The notes beneath the pieces were generated by a model. That model was given only the letters and a program-made list of their open reading frames with translations, did no database searches and was not told where the DNA came from. Position numbers and translations under genes: made by a program. This document shows, piece by piece, positions 24,092-36,914 of a stretch of 64,000 nucleotides of DNA (within the stretch, counting starts at the first letter, position 1; each line of letters begins with the position of its first letter). The DNA lies in NCBI GenBank assembly GCA_965649825.1, contig OZ287701.1, forward strand, positions 981,101 to 1,045,100. Reading direction: 5' to 3'. Source of the DNA: Penicillus capitatus (taxonomy: Eukaryota > Plantae > Chlorophyta).

Positions 24092-25941
24092 ATGACTGAG
24101 ACCGCAATAACGATCCCCTTCGTTGGCGTCGCCCTCAGGAGAACGGGCGACGTCGTCGTCCTTCAGCCTTTCCGTTCGACAGGGGAATACGTCGAGACGC
24201 TGGAGATCGACCTCCGAACCGGCACGACCGAAGCTTCGACGCAGCCGCGTTTCCTTCGTAGCTGCATCGCGTTCCCTGGACTTCTGGGAATGCTGCGCCT
24301 TGCCAAAGCAACGGTCCTCGTCACCATCAAGGAAGCGAAACAAGTGCACTCGCCTGCTCACGCAGACCGGACGGCGACAGCCTTGGTTCTGCAGGTCGCA
24401 ACGGTGCATGATTCTCCAGTTTACCGAGTGGTTCAGACAGAACTGCGTCTTCCCAGGGGACGTTTACCATCGGAAGATCCCAAGTGCGTGCGTAGATGAG
24501 TGGACGCGTGATTTGTGCGAGCCCCTGTGTGTAGCCACATCGAATTGGTGAGATCGGCAGTGGATCCCAAACAAGCCGGAAGAGGACTGTGCATCAGCAG
24601 CGGAATCCGACTGACGCTGACCACTGAGCGACAGGCGGCCGTCGGCCATGAAAGAGGAGGAGGGTCGTGGGAACTGGAAGACACCCGCTTCTCCTGGAAT
24701 CGCCATGTGATGGAACCCGTCACACGTAATGCACATCCTTTTCCGCGAGGATGTCCAGATGTCGGCGGTGTAGAGTTGAGAGCACATGGATTTGTGTTAC
24801 CTGTCATTCAAGGCTTCGTACAGGAGCTGACGGATTCGGAATTCTCGCACCGAGTAACCGGGAAGTTGACCCTTGTGGCACGTCGTTCGGTGAGACGCCT
24901 GGGCACACGCAGCTGGAGAAGGGGCGCCGATCTCCAAGTGATTCTTCGCGTCTACTGATATGGACAGGTAACAAGGTTTCTTACAAAAGATAATCAATGT
25001 GACAATAATCCCCTTTTTATAATGTCGGGTTTCATAGGTGCTAAGTAGGTACTGGATGGGTGCTGGATAGGTGCTGGGTAGGTTCTGGGTAGGTTCTGAT
25101 GTGACGTGGCCATTAATAGCTACTGGCCATCGTTGCCTCTTATGATGATGAGGCAGTTCTTGGATAATCATCCTTCGGCGCTTCATCATCATGACACTAC
25201 GCATCACGAACCTGTATATGTTGATGTCAGGGATCCGTGGCAGATTCCGTCGAGACAGAACAGCTTCTGTGTCTGTCGAACGGACACATGTGTGTTCGTT
25301 CAGCTGCGAGGACCAATCCCCGCGTTTTGGACAAGCATTCCGAACGTCAAGCACAAACCACCCACGCGTCTCGGGAGAGAGATCGACTACACACATGCCT
25401 TCGACGTTCACGTCAATGACCTTCTCCGTACGCACACAGTGAGCAAGACCTATGTCGTGGGGGATGGGACACAGAGATGTTGTTGGACAAGAAAGCATTG
25501 CGGCGAATTTGGCACGCGCCACCGGATCTGAGGGTTCCTTGACAAGTGCATCCGAAAATGCCGCTCGGCGTTTCGCAAGGACGAAGGACGGCTTCCGTCT
25601 CAACAATTCTGATTTCCGTGAAGAATGTGGAACGACTCGATATCATCGTATCTCCATCCTCTTCGACAGAATCCGAGCAGATCTGGATCGCTTTGGCCTG
25701 TTCGTTATGGTATCTCTATCCTCGTCCGATTTCGTGTGCGAACACAAGTGCATGACAGGAGGAGGGCCGAGTGACATCTGTTCAAGACGGCATCGTTCGC
25801 ACCTATTGTGTCGATTGCCTTGATCGCACCAACGTCGTGACAACCGTGTTTGGCCGTTATGCCTTGGAGTCCTTTCTCGAGAAAGCGCATCTACTTGGGG
25901 TCCAAGCATCTCTGCCAGCATCTTTCCCTCGTGTCAGATAG
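24092..25941 (+). pseudogene. SAC1: SAC1-like phosphoinositide phosphatase, degenerate, frameshifted and lacking the C-terminus
   Basis: RFSWNR, VLPVIQGFV, LVARRSVRRLGTR..RRGAD, VETEQ, FVQLRGPIP.FW and the catalytic CVDCLDRTN are present. A frameshift (net 2 nt missing) is needed near 25290. The usual SAC1 C-terminal and transmembrane region is absent. Confidence 0.8.
25030..25098. repeat. 11-bp minisatellite (CTGGRTRGGTK), ~6 units, inside an unusually long intron
   Basis: ctaagtaggta ctggatgggtg ctggataggtg ctgggtaggtt ctgggtaggtt read directly. Confidence 0.85.
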
Positions 25942-25993
25942 AGCGCCTTCTTCTGTCATGTCGTCCGTAGCTCCGTAACAAACGACGCACTAG

Positions 25994-26991
25994 GCGTGAT
26001 TCCGCCCTGCCTGCTGCGGACCCTGGCAGGTCGTTTTACAACCTGTCTGGACAGAGGGGCTTCGACCGAAGACCTGGAGGAAGACGTCTTCAAGAAGCTA
26101 GAAGACAACAGGAAATCCGTTGCCATTCCCTTGGACAACGGAGGAGAGCCTCATCTGCCCATGGTAAACAAAAAGAATCTTCAAACTTTGATTTGAAAGG
26201 AGATTGTGCATGACAGGAGAGAGGAGGACGAGGCACCATCACAGTGGATAAGAGAGAAGTGCCAGCCTCACTTCTAGGGGCGATCGACAGAACCAATTTT
26301 ACGACTCGTCTTTACACCATTAAGGTAAGACAATGAGAACTACTATCAGATCTGTACAAACTGATTGTGTGACAGGTGGGTGATTACATTCTGACCCCAG
26401 AGATCGTCGTCGAGAGGAAGACGGTCTCAGATTTTCACGCGTCTTTCCTCTCAAGACGAGTCTTCTCTCAGATCGAGAGAATGACGCTTCAATACGAGCA
26501 GCCAATGCTGCTTATTGAGTCTTACAAGGGGCAGACTCACCGGCGCTCAAAGAAGACAGACCTGTCGATCCCCTCCAAGGACATCATTTCTCGCCTCGTC
26601 CTCCTCATCAATCAATTTCCATCACTCGGGTACTTAGTGATGATGCTTGTCTATTCTATAGACAGATGGTTTTTTCTGTTTTTACAGATTGATCTGGTCA
26701 TCATCTCTTGACGCGACCTGTCAAGTTTTCGTCGATCTGAAGGAGGATCTCTTCGATCCGGATCCGGATCCGGATGAAATCAAGAGACGAAGTGAGATGA
26801 TGACAGATCATTTGACTGATTGGAACTCCATTGACATCTACAGGTGTGCCTTCTTCTTTTTGTCTATTTGTCGTGATAGACATGTGTATAGGAATTTGCC
26901 GAAAGAGGTGACTAGCATACACCAGAAGCTGCTAAAATCTGTTCGAGAATTAAAAAACTCTCCTCGACAGTATTTTGTACAGTTTTTTTAA
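25994..26991 (+). CDS. ERCC4: XPF/ERCC4/RAD1 nuclease domain plus partial HhH (C-terminal portion only, divergent)
   Basis: Spliced EEDVFKKL...|GTITVDKREVPASL...YTIK|VGDYILTPEIVVERKTVSD...PMLLIE...IISRLVLLINQFPSL|IWSSSLDATCQVFVDLK follows the XPF VDMRE/VGDYILTPE/ERK/LLIE pattern. The N-terminal helicase-like region is absent. Confidence 0.8.
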
Positions 26992-27563
26992 CTTGTAATA
27001 GAAGACACATAAAGTGTGACATCATACTGACTCCGGCTGTGACCACAGTTCCGCGACAGAATCGTAGTTTTTGGCTGCCTGTGTGAGTGAGAGTGACAGA
27101 GTGACCATAGCTGTAAGCACAGCAGGTTCCGTCGGACATATTGAGTTTTGCAACATCTATGTTCGACATTGCGTATCGGCTGCGTGTTGCGAATTCTCCA
27201 TCGACAGTATCTGTTGAATTTCTGCCGAGACGATGAGACATGATTGTTCGGTTAAAGGAGTATCACAACACACAAACTCATTACAATGGCAGAGTTCAGA
27301 TATGACGGATTGAATGTTGAATACGTACGGCGGCTTGTTCTTGGCACGACGATGCCAGTGTGTCGACGAACGTCGACACATGGATCAATGAACGAAATCA
27401 CGTCGGTCGTTATCGTTTATCATTCATCATTGTTTATGTCTCCCATACCACATGCAATAAAAAACACTCAGGCAAAACACAACAGAGCGAACGCACTGAC
27501 TCGCAAAAGGAACACAACAACAAAGAATAACAAGATGCGCCCCCAATGATATCTGTACATTCA

Positions 27564-28941
27564 TCAGGGCTGTGCTGCTCCTTTCTGCAAATCCTTAGCA
27601 TCTTTATTCGGTTCCTCGGGGGAGGACGGAGGTCCAATCAGGGACAGGATGGTCGGTAGGAGGAGCAGGCCCGTAAACATGCCGGCGATAATGGAAATGG
27701 AATACTGAACGAATAAACGATTGCTAATGGCTGGATAATCTGAAAGAGCAGAGGGCAGAATTCCGAGAAAAGTTGTCACGCCGCCATTGAATACTGCAAC
27801 GCCCATAGTCTGAAGCGCGTGTATAGAACGTGTGAGACGATCCCCTTCGGCCAACATGAAATCTCGAGCAATGTGCGCACAGAACTCCACGGACAACCCA
27901 ACCGTCACAATGAAAGCAACGTAGGCAGAGTAATCCAGATCGATAACAGTCCAACTGGTCATTCCAACCGTCAGCAGAACAGAGAGCAGCACGCAGACAG
28001 ACACGATGAGCGCGGCAAAGATGTTGACGATGAGAGGCAGCATGACGACCGTCGCGACAGCCATGGAGATGCCTATCGCCTCTACCGTCTTCAACGCCAG
28101 GTCTTCGTACTGCTCGCCGATGGCATACACCACGTAGTCGAACGGATAGACCTCGATCGACTGTCGATCGAGGATGTCGCGTCCCTCTTGGAGGTGGTCC
28201 AGTTGACTGGGCACGCTCGTGAGGCCTCTGACATAGACGTACGACCGCGTGCCCTTTGGCGTGCCGAAGGTGTTTCTCTCCGTCGTCGTCTCCTCGTCCA
28301 GGTTGATGAAGACTCTGGATGCACGTCCGGTCGCCGTGTTGTTCAGGAAATCCACCCAGTAGCTCTCGATCTTGCTGTCAAAGCCTTCGGGGTTCTCGTA
28401 GAAGTTGCGCTGTGTCAGCATTGGTCGATAAGGGCAGTAGCATTCCATCGAGTCCTTTTTTGTACTGGCATCGTTCTCTCATTCCGGCTGCCGCCTGCGG
28501 ACAATGCGTCTCGCACCTCTGCTCACACTCTTCGGCTGACGCGACGCCGGCGCAGATGTTCTTCGACGGATGCGCAAACTCGGCAGAGGAGAAGCCATCG
28601 TAGTACCAGTGCACTTCGTCCATGCAGATCTCATTGGAACAGAACTTCGTTTCGACATACTGCGCGTAGAAATCCATCCACGACTGCGACAACAGCCGCT
28701 CCTCTGTTCGGTATCCTCCATCAACGTATTCGTACTCCGACTGCCTGGCCGCTTCAAACTCTTGAGGGTCTGTGTAGTCGACGGAGTCTCGGAACACGAT
28801 GTTGATCTGCGACGTGTCGAAGTAGTCTTCCATGGTTGTGAGGTAATCGTAAGTGTAACTCTTCGGGGGTACGGATTCGAAGTCCCTGTCGTGAAGCACA
28901 TTTTGGATGTACCGACGTTCCTTGTAGGGATCAGTTATCAA
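27564..28941 (-). pseudogene. Patched/NPC1-like RND protein, second half only; one frameshift
   Basis: VPPKSYTYDY...DY lumenal motif, then a 5-TM block with GLSVEFCAHI, RSIHALQTMGVAVFNGGVTTFLG and GLLLLPTILSLIGP. Frameshift at the T6 run (28456-28461); no upstream first half found. Confidence 0.72.
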
Positions 28942-29279
28942 AGCACATCAAGAGCGTAGGTGTCGATTCAGTGTCCATCCGGCCTAGAACCTAAAATGAA
29001 GCCGTCGATATAACATCCATGTCCGCTCTTCTCATCTAGCAAGTACTTTGCCAAAGCAATGGATGGTGAAAGAAGTACCACCAGTTTCTGTGTTCTTCAG
29101 AAAGATGATTTGTCTTTGAAGATGGCGTTGTCTGTCAGTGCCCCTGCGGAAACGCCCCGCCATTTCAGGTTCAAAACGGCAGAGGTGATTGATGCACGCG
29201 TATTAGTTTTTCCCGGCAGGATGCTGCGTCAGTAGCACTTGTCTGCTCCTATTTTCGTCAACTTCGTGCGGCACGTTAT

Positions 29280-29357
29280 CCTAAATATGAACTACAACTA
29301 CAGCCATCGGCCATGTGACCTAAATATGTACTATAAGTATAGCCATCGGCCAAGCGG
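29280..29357. repeat. Imperfect 39-bp tandem duplication upstream of the EamA gene
   Basis: cctaaatatgaactacaactacagccatcggcca followed by cctaaatatgtactataagtatagccatcggcca. Confidence 0.8.
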
Positions 29358-29392
29358 CCACTGCAAAGTGTCGCCGTCGTGTAAATCTCAGA

Positions 29393-30645
29393 ATGAAGCT
29401 AGCAGCACAACCTTCTTCGCCTATTCCGGAGCAAAGAATTGACATACCCCGACCTCCACGGGCACCTGACCCAACCGACTCCGAGCTGCATGAACGCGAT
29501 GATAGAATTGATGTTCGCTTACTACCTTTACAGGAGGCGTCGCTACCTGAGCCACCCTCTATTATTTCCAGGGCTGTCAGGTATGTTCCGTCCTTCGACG
29601 AAGGCAACGCACTAGAGAGACGACGTGATGCAGTTTGATATGGGACAGCTGCATCGGCTGTGCCGTACTGGGCGCTTTGTTTTTATCGGCGGCCGTCGTC
29701 GCCACCAAGGAGCTGTCTAATGACGACGCGTCTGTCTTCCAAGCCATCTTCGCTCGTGGAACTTTGGCATTGCCAGTCTTGGTGCCACTTGGATACTACC
29801 AAACAGGCTTCATCATCGGTCCGTCAGATCACAATATGAAATGGATCGTGCTACGTGGAATGTGTGCTGCACTGGGATTGTTCTTTGCTTTGGTCTCCTC
29901 TGTTCTCATTACACTGTCGGAGGCCGCTCTTCTGAACGGGACCTATCCAGGTCATTCGCAAGTGCTCATGATTTAAGAACGAATGCGTGTTTGTACAGCA
30001 ATGCTTGCTTTTATGGCGTGGATGTTCCGAACTGAATCCACTGACCTGTGTTCCTGGATTGGCATTGTTGGATCGATTGGTGCAAATGTACTCATCGCAC
30101 GTCCACCGTTTCTTGTTGAGGATGAAGATTCTCGCGTATGGGACATCGAGCGCATCGGTGGCCTGGTTTGTGCTTTCTTATCTGTCCTTTTTATAGCCAC
30201 AAGCTTCCTCCTTGTCGGGTAAAGCAACCATTATCCAAAACAGACTGCATCTTTTGTCTTTTGCAGGAAAATCGACAGAAGCATTCTATCCGTCGTGATT
30301 GCGAATCACTCAACAGTTCTTCTCGCTCTTTTTGCAGTTCCTTTCCTCACCATCGGCTATCCAGAGAAGATTGATTGGACACCTTCTCTCAAACACATCG
30401 GTCTGTACATCTTGACGGCCTGTGGTAGCGTGAATCATGTCTTCATCGTCCGTGCGTTTCAGATTGGTCCTCCTATCAAGGCTGCCATGGCCTCATCATC
30501 AAGTGTTATGATGATTGTGTGCGGCGGCGTCATTTTCTTTGCAGAAGAGATCAGCCTCCAGCTTGCAGTTGGAGGATCTCTGCTGATCTGTTCCATTATC
30601 CTTGTCATCTATAGCAGAGATCGTGCCAGAGAGACCAAGACGTGA
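29393..30645 (+). CDS. EamA/DMT (SLC35G-like) transporter
   Basis: About 10 hydrophobic helices in two repeats; WIVLRG, ITLSEAALL, NVLIARPPFL, RAFQIGP and GVIFFAE motifs; short GT-AG introns. Confidence 0.85.
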
Positions 30646-33351
30646 ACATCACGTTGTCCAAAACCGTGGTGATAGAAGCCCTTTTATTATTTCATTATCC
30701 AAACTATCGTTTCCGTTCTTGACGTGTGTTTTCATCAAGAATGACCAAGTCCACATCGATACCGTGCTTAACTCTGTGCCGGAACTCCAGATGGTGCAAG
30801 TATTTTGCAGTTATTCTAATGTTCAACTCTCAGTCCTGAAGTTCTTGGAAGATATGCGGTTTCTGTCGCGCGGAGGCGGCGCGTTTGAACGATACTAACA
30901 GCGGAAGACTTACAGTGATCGAAGCAAGGTCACAACACGTTCAGATTCTTCATTATATAGTCGCCTGCTGACGTAACCCTTCTAGAACGGTGAGTCAGCT
31001 CGTGCTCAGGGCCAGAGAAAGGCGTCTCAAGACGCAGTTGACAAGACAGGCAGCACCCCCTCGCACGGTGGACCCTTACAGAACAAGGCAGGGTCACATC
31101 GCTCGGCGACAGTTTCTTGTGACAAGTGCAATTTTATTCCAATTTTTTGTTGACTTATGAAACGTTCCTATCTGCCGATTTAGAATCTCTTTTACAGAAA
31201 GCAGGAATTCATATGCTCCACAGCACCGCGACCAAACTTCGGTCAAGTGTAAAAAAGATCTCGTTAATAGGCCAATGTTTCGGGCATGATGCCACAGGCT
31301 CCTCTCGATCCCGCACGTCATACACGCGACAGTCAGCTCATTGCCAACATCCTCTCTATGCGATTCGTCATCCCGGAAAGAATCTGCTCGGTTACAGAGA
31401 CGAGAGGTGTAAATGATGACGACCGTTCGAGTTTCGAGAGAGAAGAGTGCGTTATCGCGGCACAAAGTAGCCTATTTGTAAAAGCGAAAGCGTCAAAGCG
31501 TGCCCTTGAAGTGCTGGATGTGGGAATAATGATTCTGGCTCTTCTCTCAAAGCAAAGCGGTGCATTGCGGAGACGTTGTCACAACATATTGCTCGTAGAT
31601 GACGCCGGAGTTATTACCTCCGAGTGAACTCCGGGGCGAACAACGAAAGCTTTGAACGCCTAGCATTGGCGCCGTCCAAAGTTGAAGTGTCCTGTTGATT
31701 TCTTGCCTCTTTTTTTCCGAACTCTCTCTGTACAATCAAAACGACAGAACAGGTGTAGCCTACCGTTTCTATTCAACACATTAGTTGGATGATAGAACGA
31801 TGAATGAATGGCCTGCTTTTTTGTAACTCTAGAAAACCAGTTTATAGCAAATACCACGTAAAAAGAGGTGTCCTATAGACCGACGAATTCGGACTCTTCT
31901 TTCAGAACACGTTGTTGTGATATTCTACATGCCGATAATGGGCGGCATACATTTACAAAAGGCGATGTGGTTGACGCTTTTTGACAGATGCATTTATTCG
32001 GACGCGTTGCTCAAAAGCTGAGTCAACTTTGCTCGCGAAGCGTAAAGGTACCACGCATGCTCGCGCCCGACGATAGTCGCGATATACAAATGCCTGCATG
32101 TGTTCGTTTTTTGCGCTGCTGCACAGCAAACGGATGTCGTCCTTGCATTTATTTATGTTTGTGTTCAAGAGAATGAAGAGAAGAATGTAATCCGATTTAC
32201 ACAAGAGAGGTAGGGGTCGCCAGGGGCATATATCCTTGCCTCCCAGATCGGAAGCTATATGTTGTTTATAATGATTGTATGCAATTGAAATTGACAGTAT
32301 GCAGGATGAAATCAAAACAGTAATAGAGGAGTAAGGATTTGCGAGAAACGCAGACAGTTTTCGTAGAAGTTCGGGTTAATGATGATGTGTGAGATGGAAG
32401 GTTAGAGATCGTCAGTGGATCCAAAACCGTCATCCGAGCCTCTGTACGATTTGTTCTGGGTGACAGTCGGGTCCATACCCTCAATAACACAACTTGGACA
32501 AAAACATCAAAGCTCGATTGTTTGATTTACCAGCTGCTTCGGGCAATCGAACCGTTGGGTATCTTTCGTAGATAATTCGTCAATGGAGGTGAGGCGAGAG
32601 TTGCGTCATGTAGTCGCCACTAGGAAATCCACAGAGGAATTCTATCTTCCCACTTCTGGCACCGGCCCACGACTTCCATTGCTTGCGAAACAGACAGTAG
32701 CTGCGATAAACGTGGCGTTGTTCCTCCTTAGTCCGTTAGACGTAGACTTGACGGGAAGGATCTGACGCGAAAGGTTTGAGGCAAAGCAAGAAATCCAGGG
32801 ATTTTTCTTCGCGATTGCTGCTGCTGAGAGCGATGGAGGAAGACATGAGAAAGCTCAGTCAAATAGCCGACAAGGCTAAAGGGATGAGATATCCCGAAGA
32901 GGATGTTCACGACGTTCGGAGGAGCTTCCGAGGCAGAAGCAGCTGAAGAACCTTAGAACGTGGAACCTGAGCCAATCGTCCTGCTTTCTTTCAAACGGAA
33001 CTCCGTGCCTCGTCGGAGAAAGGAAATCTGATTTCTGATTTGACATTGCTCACATGCAGGAGTCTTCACGGCAATGGAGAGTGAGAGTGAGAAGCGACGT
33101 GCATTTGATGAGACCGCTCCTAAAATCGCTCCACCTAGGCGTCATCGTCGACATTGTCCACTTATCAGACATTTTTGCTGACTCCATTCAATGCGCCTGG
33201 ATGAAACCATCTATGCAACTTGATCAGCCAGGGACACGTCGTCACAACCTCTGCAGCTAGACGCGTGCTTTTACGTAATTTTTACGTTGCGCTGGTGTAT
33301 AAAGACCGAAGACGCAAACGCTCTGACGCGGTTTGAACAAGAGTTGTCAGT

Positions 33352-34553
<1,202 letters not shown>

Positions 34554-35145
34554 CCCCTTGTAGTGTTGTCGCCTGTCGTTTGAATACCTCTGCAGAACAG
34601 TGTCCGATTAAATGGTTTCCTGCGCCAGAAACGACTCACTGTTTTTTTCTTCTGAAATCACCAGCATTGACCATCGATCAATTGATCGACGTTTCCTGTA
34701 AACGCAGCACTGTTCGTTCGTGCGTTCGTCATCTAAAGGTTAAATTTTCCGCGTTAGACGTCGAGTGGTGGGCATTGCGTCGTTGGACGCTGACCTCAAA
34801 TAATTATGGCCAGTTGCTGAGTTGGTATCCCTTCTTAGCGCCATGACGACAGGACTGGTCATCATCGCGTCTTGATTCAACTTCGTGCTTGCAATCCGGA
34901 ATTGTTGGGATCGATGTAAACTTCTTCAGAAACTTAGAGTCGAAACGATATGCGAACGACGCACGCAAACGAACGCTCGGACGATAGCACAGGAATACGA
35001 GAATAATTATAGAGTCGCTTTCGTGGTTAAATACCACGGATGGTAAGGGCCCCCCACAAACCTCCACGTCCAGCAGCTGTAAACTTCAACACACGTTCGA
35101 TAACCATAAGCATATATATAGATAAACCGGTTGCTCAGCGTGCTA

Positions 35146-36566
35146 TCAAGTGTTTCCACGGGGGGCGCTAGTGATACGAACGAACGGGCGTATCGGGAGG
35201 ACCATGTAATCCAGTGTCGCGTACGGAGTCTTGCGCTCTTCATGGAGCTTCTCGTAGAGTGTCTTCGATATGAAGACTTTCAGGTTCTTGCTTGGTAGCC
35301 ATTTGGGAAGAGGGTGTCCTGAGGGATCACGTTTCCTGCGATTCAACCGGTGCGGGGCCGCGAGATGCGATTCTTGAAGGTCGGTCGCTGTGAGGTTCCA
35401 TCGGGATGCATTCTGTGTTGCGATAGCTTCGATAGCTGCTTCGGGGTCAATATCTGTGTCAACGTTGCCGATGACTATCGGTATCCTGTCTTTGGTGGGC
35501 GAGACGTACGGATTGTTGACTGTGAAGGTCCCGATGTCGTCCAGCTCCAGGTCCCATCTGGCGCCGGCGCATTCCAGGCAGCGGTCGAGAACCTGCTCGA
35601 ATTTCTGAATCAGTTCTGTCCGAATCTGCACGTAGTATCTTCCGCCATGGTCTGCCCGGATGTCTTCGACATATTCCTTCAGGTTCTGGATCTTCAGCGT
35701 TCGTTCCAGACTGATGCCAAGCTGGCGAAAGGACGGACGCTCTCCTTTCAGGGTAACTGGGCAGAGCTGGAAACTGCGTTCATCACAGCGGATCTGGGCC
35801 TTGATCGCATTGGTTTGCATCCGGATTCCTCGTGACTGGGCGGTTCGTTGACGCTGGGCGAGGGTCGTGGTCAGGGGCTGCTCTGAGGGCAAGGACTAAC
35901 GGGCGGCGTCGCGGTACGAGCGGGTGTCTTCTCGAGCGGCGCCGGCCACAGAAGGTGGTGTAACGTGGACCATTGGAACTGGGGGTGTTGGTGCGAACGA
36001 GACCATAGACTTGTGAAATCTAAGGCAGGTTCCTATCTCCTCGAGACGAGTGGCGATTCCCAGAAGCGTTTCTCGGTTTTCGGGTGGAACGGTTCCAGTG
36101 GCGCATGCCAGATGAGCCTGCGTAGTGGCGAGGTCTTGAGCGATTGCTTCCAGGAGATCTGACGGGGTAACTGTTTCTTTGTACCGGCAGATCTGTGAGA
36201 GGCAGGAAGACTTAGCGTGCGGATCATAGAAGGGACCTTCTGGGGCGAGTAGGAGCGAGTCTCGGGCGCTCTCGTGGTGGCGGACGAGTCGGAGCTGCAC
36301 GGCGTCTCGCCTTTCGTGGGCTGACAAGTAAGCTCGGATTCTCAAGATGAGCTGTGCAGAGTCCATGGAGGCAGCGTACTTTGTGGAGCACGCCCGGACT
36401 GCGGTGTTCACGAGTATGAGCTCATCCTTGCTCATGTTCTCCAGAACCTCGGGCGACCGGCGCAGGTCGCGCCGGTATCGGACCGTGTTTGCGGCCTGAG
36501 TAACCGCCGTGCGCACTGGTCGGGGGTGGTGTCAGGACCTCCAGACTGAGAGCCAGAAGGCTGCAT
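35146..36566 (-). pseudogene. LINE ORF1 (gag-like) remnant
   Basis: Begins MQPSGSQSGGPDTT (ATG 36566, one G-run indel at 36522-36526); SYRDAAR motif; in-frame TAG at 35896-35898; RRM-like IVIGNV...RL...LKVF region; stops at RPFVRITSAPR, where a CCHC knuckle usually begins. Confidence 0.65.
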
Positions 36567-36649
36567 AGTTCGTCGTCGCGCGTGCGGGCACCGTCGTTTA
36601 GCAAGGGTTTTTGAAACGGCGGAACGAAAGTGTCGTACGAGAAAAGATC

Positions 36650-36914
36650 AGAAATTTGCCTTCGTTGCACATTAGACTGATTGGTCTCCAGGAGGTCGGG
36701 TCAGCTCGGTTTTTTGAACTTTCGGGGAGCGGTAGGATCTGTGCGTGCCTTCAGGATTCCGGATAGTAGTCGTGCCGTAGGCAGGAGTTGTAAATGTTCA
36801 AGAGTACGGGGCACAGGAGGTCGGCACAAGCTTGCCAGCAGGCTACTGGGATTTCGTCACTTCCAGGTGCTGTTCTGCGCGCTGCTGTGATTGTATTCAG
36901 AAGTTCTAGATATG
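36650..36914 (-). pseudogene. LINE ORF2 reverse-transcriptase N-terminal fragment
   Basis: ELLNTI...TAPGSDEIP...LLNIYNSCLRHDYYPES*RHAQILPLP...SWRPISLMCNEGKFL matches the APG.D / N.cl..g.fP..W / RPISL non-LTR RT signature; the conserved W is now TGA. Confidence 0.85.

Noticed and set aside
29030-29163. Short minus-strand ORF with IIFLKNTETGGTSF, resembling a sulfotransferase 5'-PSB loop
   Set aside because: Only ~44 codons, the key lysine is missing, and there is no supporting downstream sequence; could be chance.
30650-33300. AT-richer tract with short ORFs (one vaguely TIR-like: AINVALFLLSP)
   Set aside because: Too fragmentary to support any call; treated as decayed accessory sequence.
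35896-35898. Possible non-canonical code (TAG/TAA = Gln, as in some Ulvophyceae), suggested by the in-frame TAG in LINE ORF1
   Set aside because: Conserved genes here end at TAG or TAA exactly where homologs end (e.g. AKR, DCN1, CCDC61), and no intact gene needs read-through. The TAG is a nonsense mutation in a dead element.
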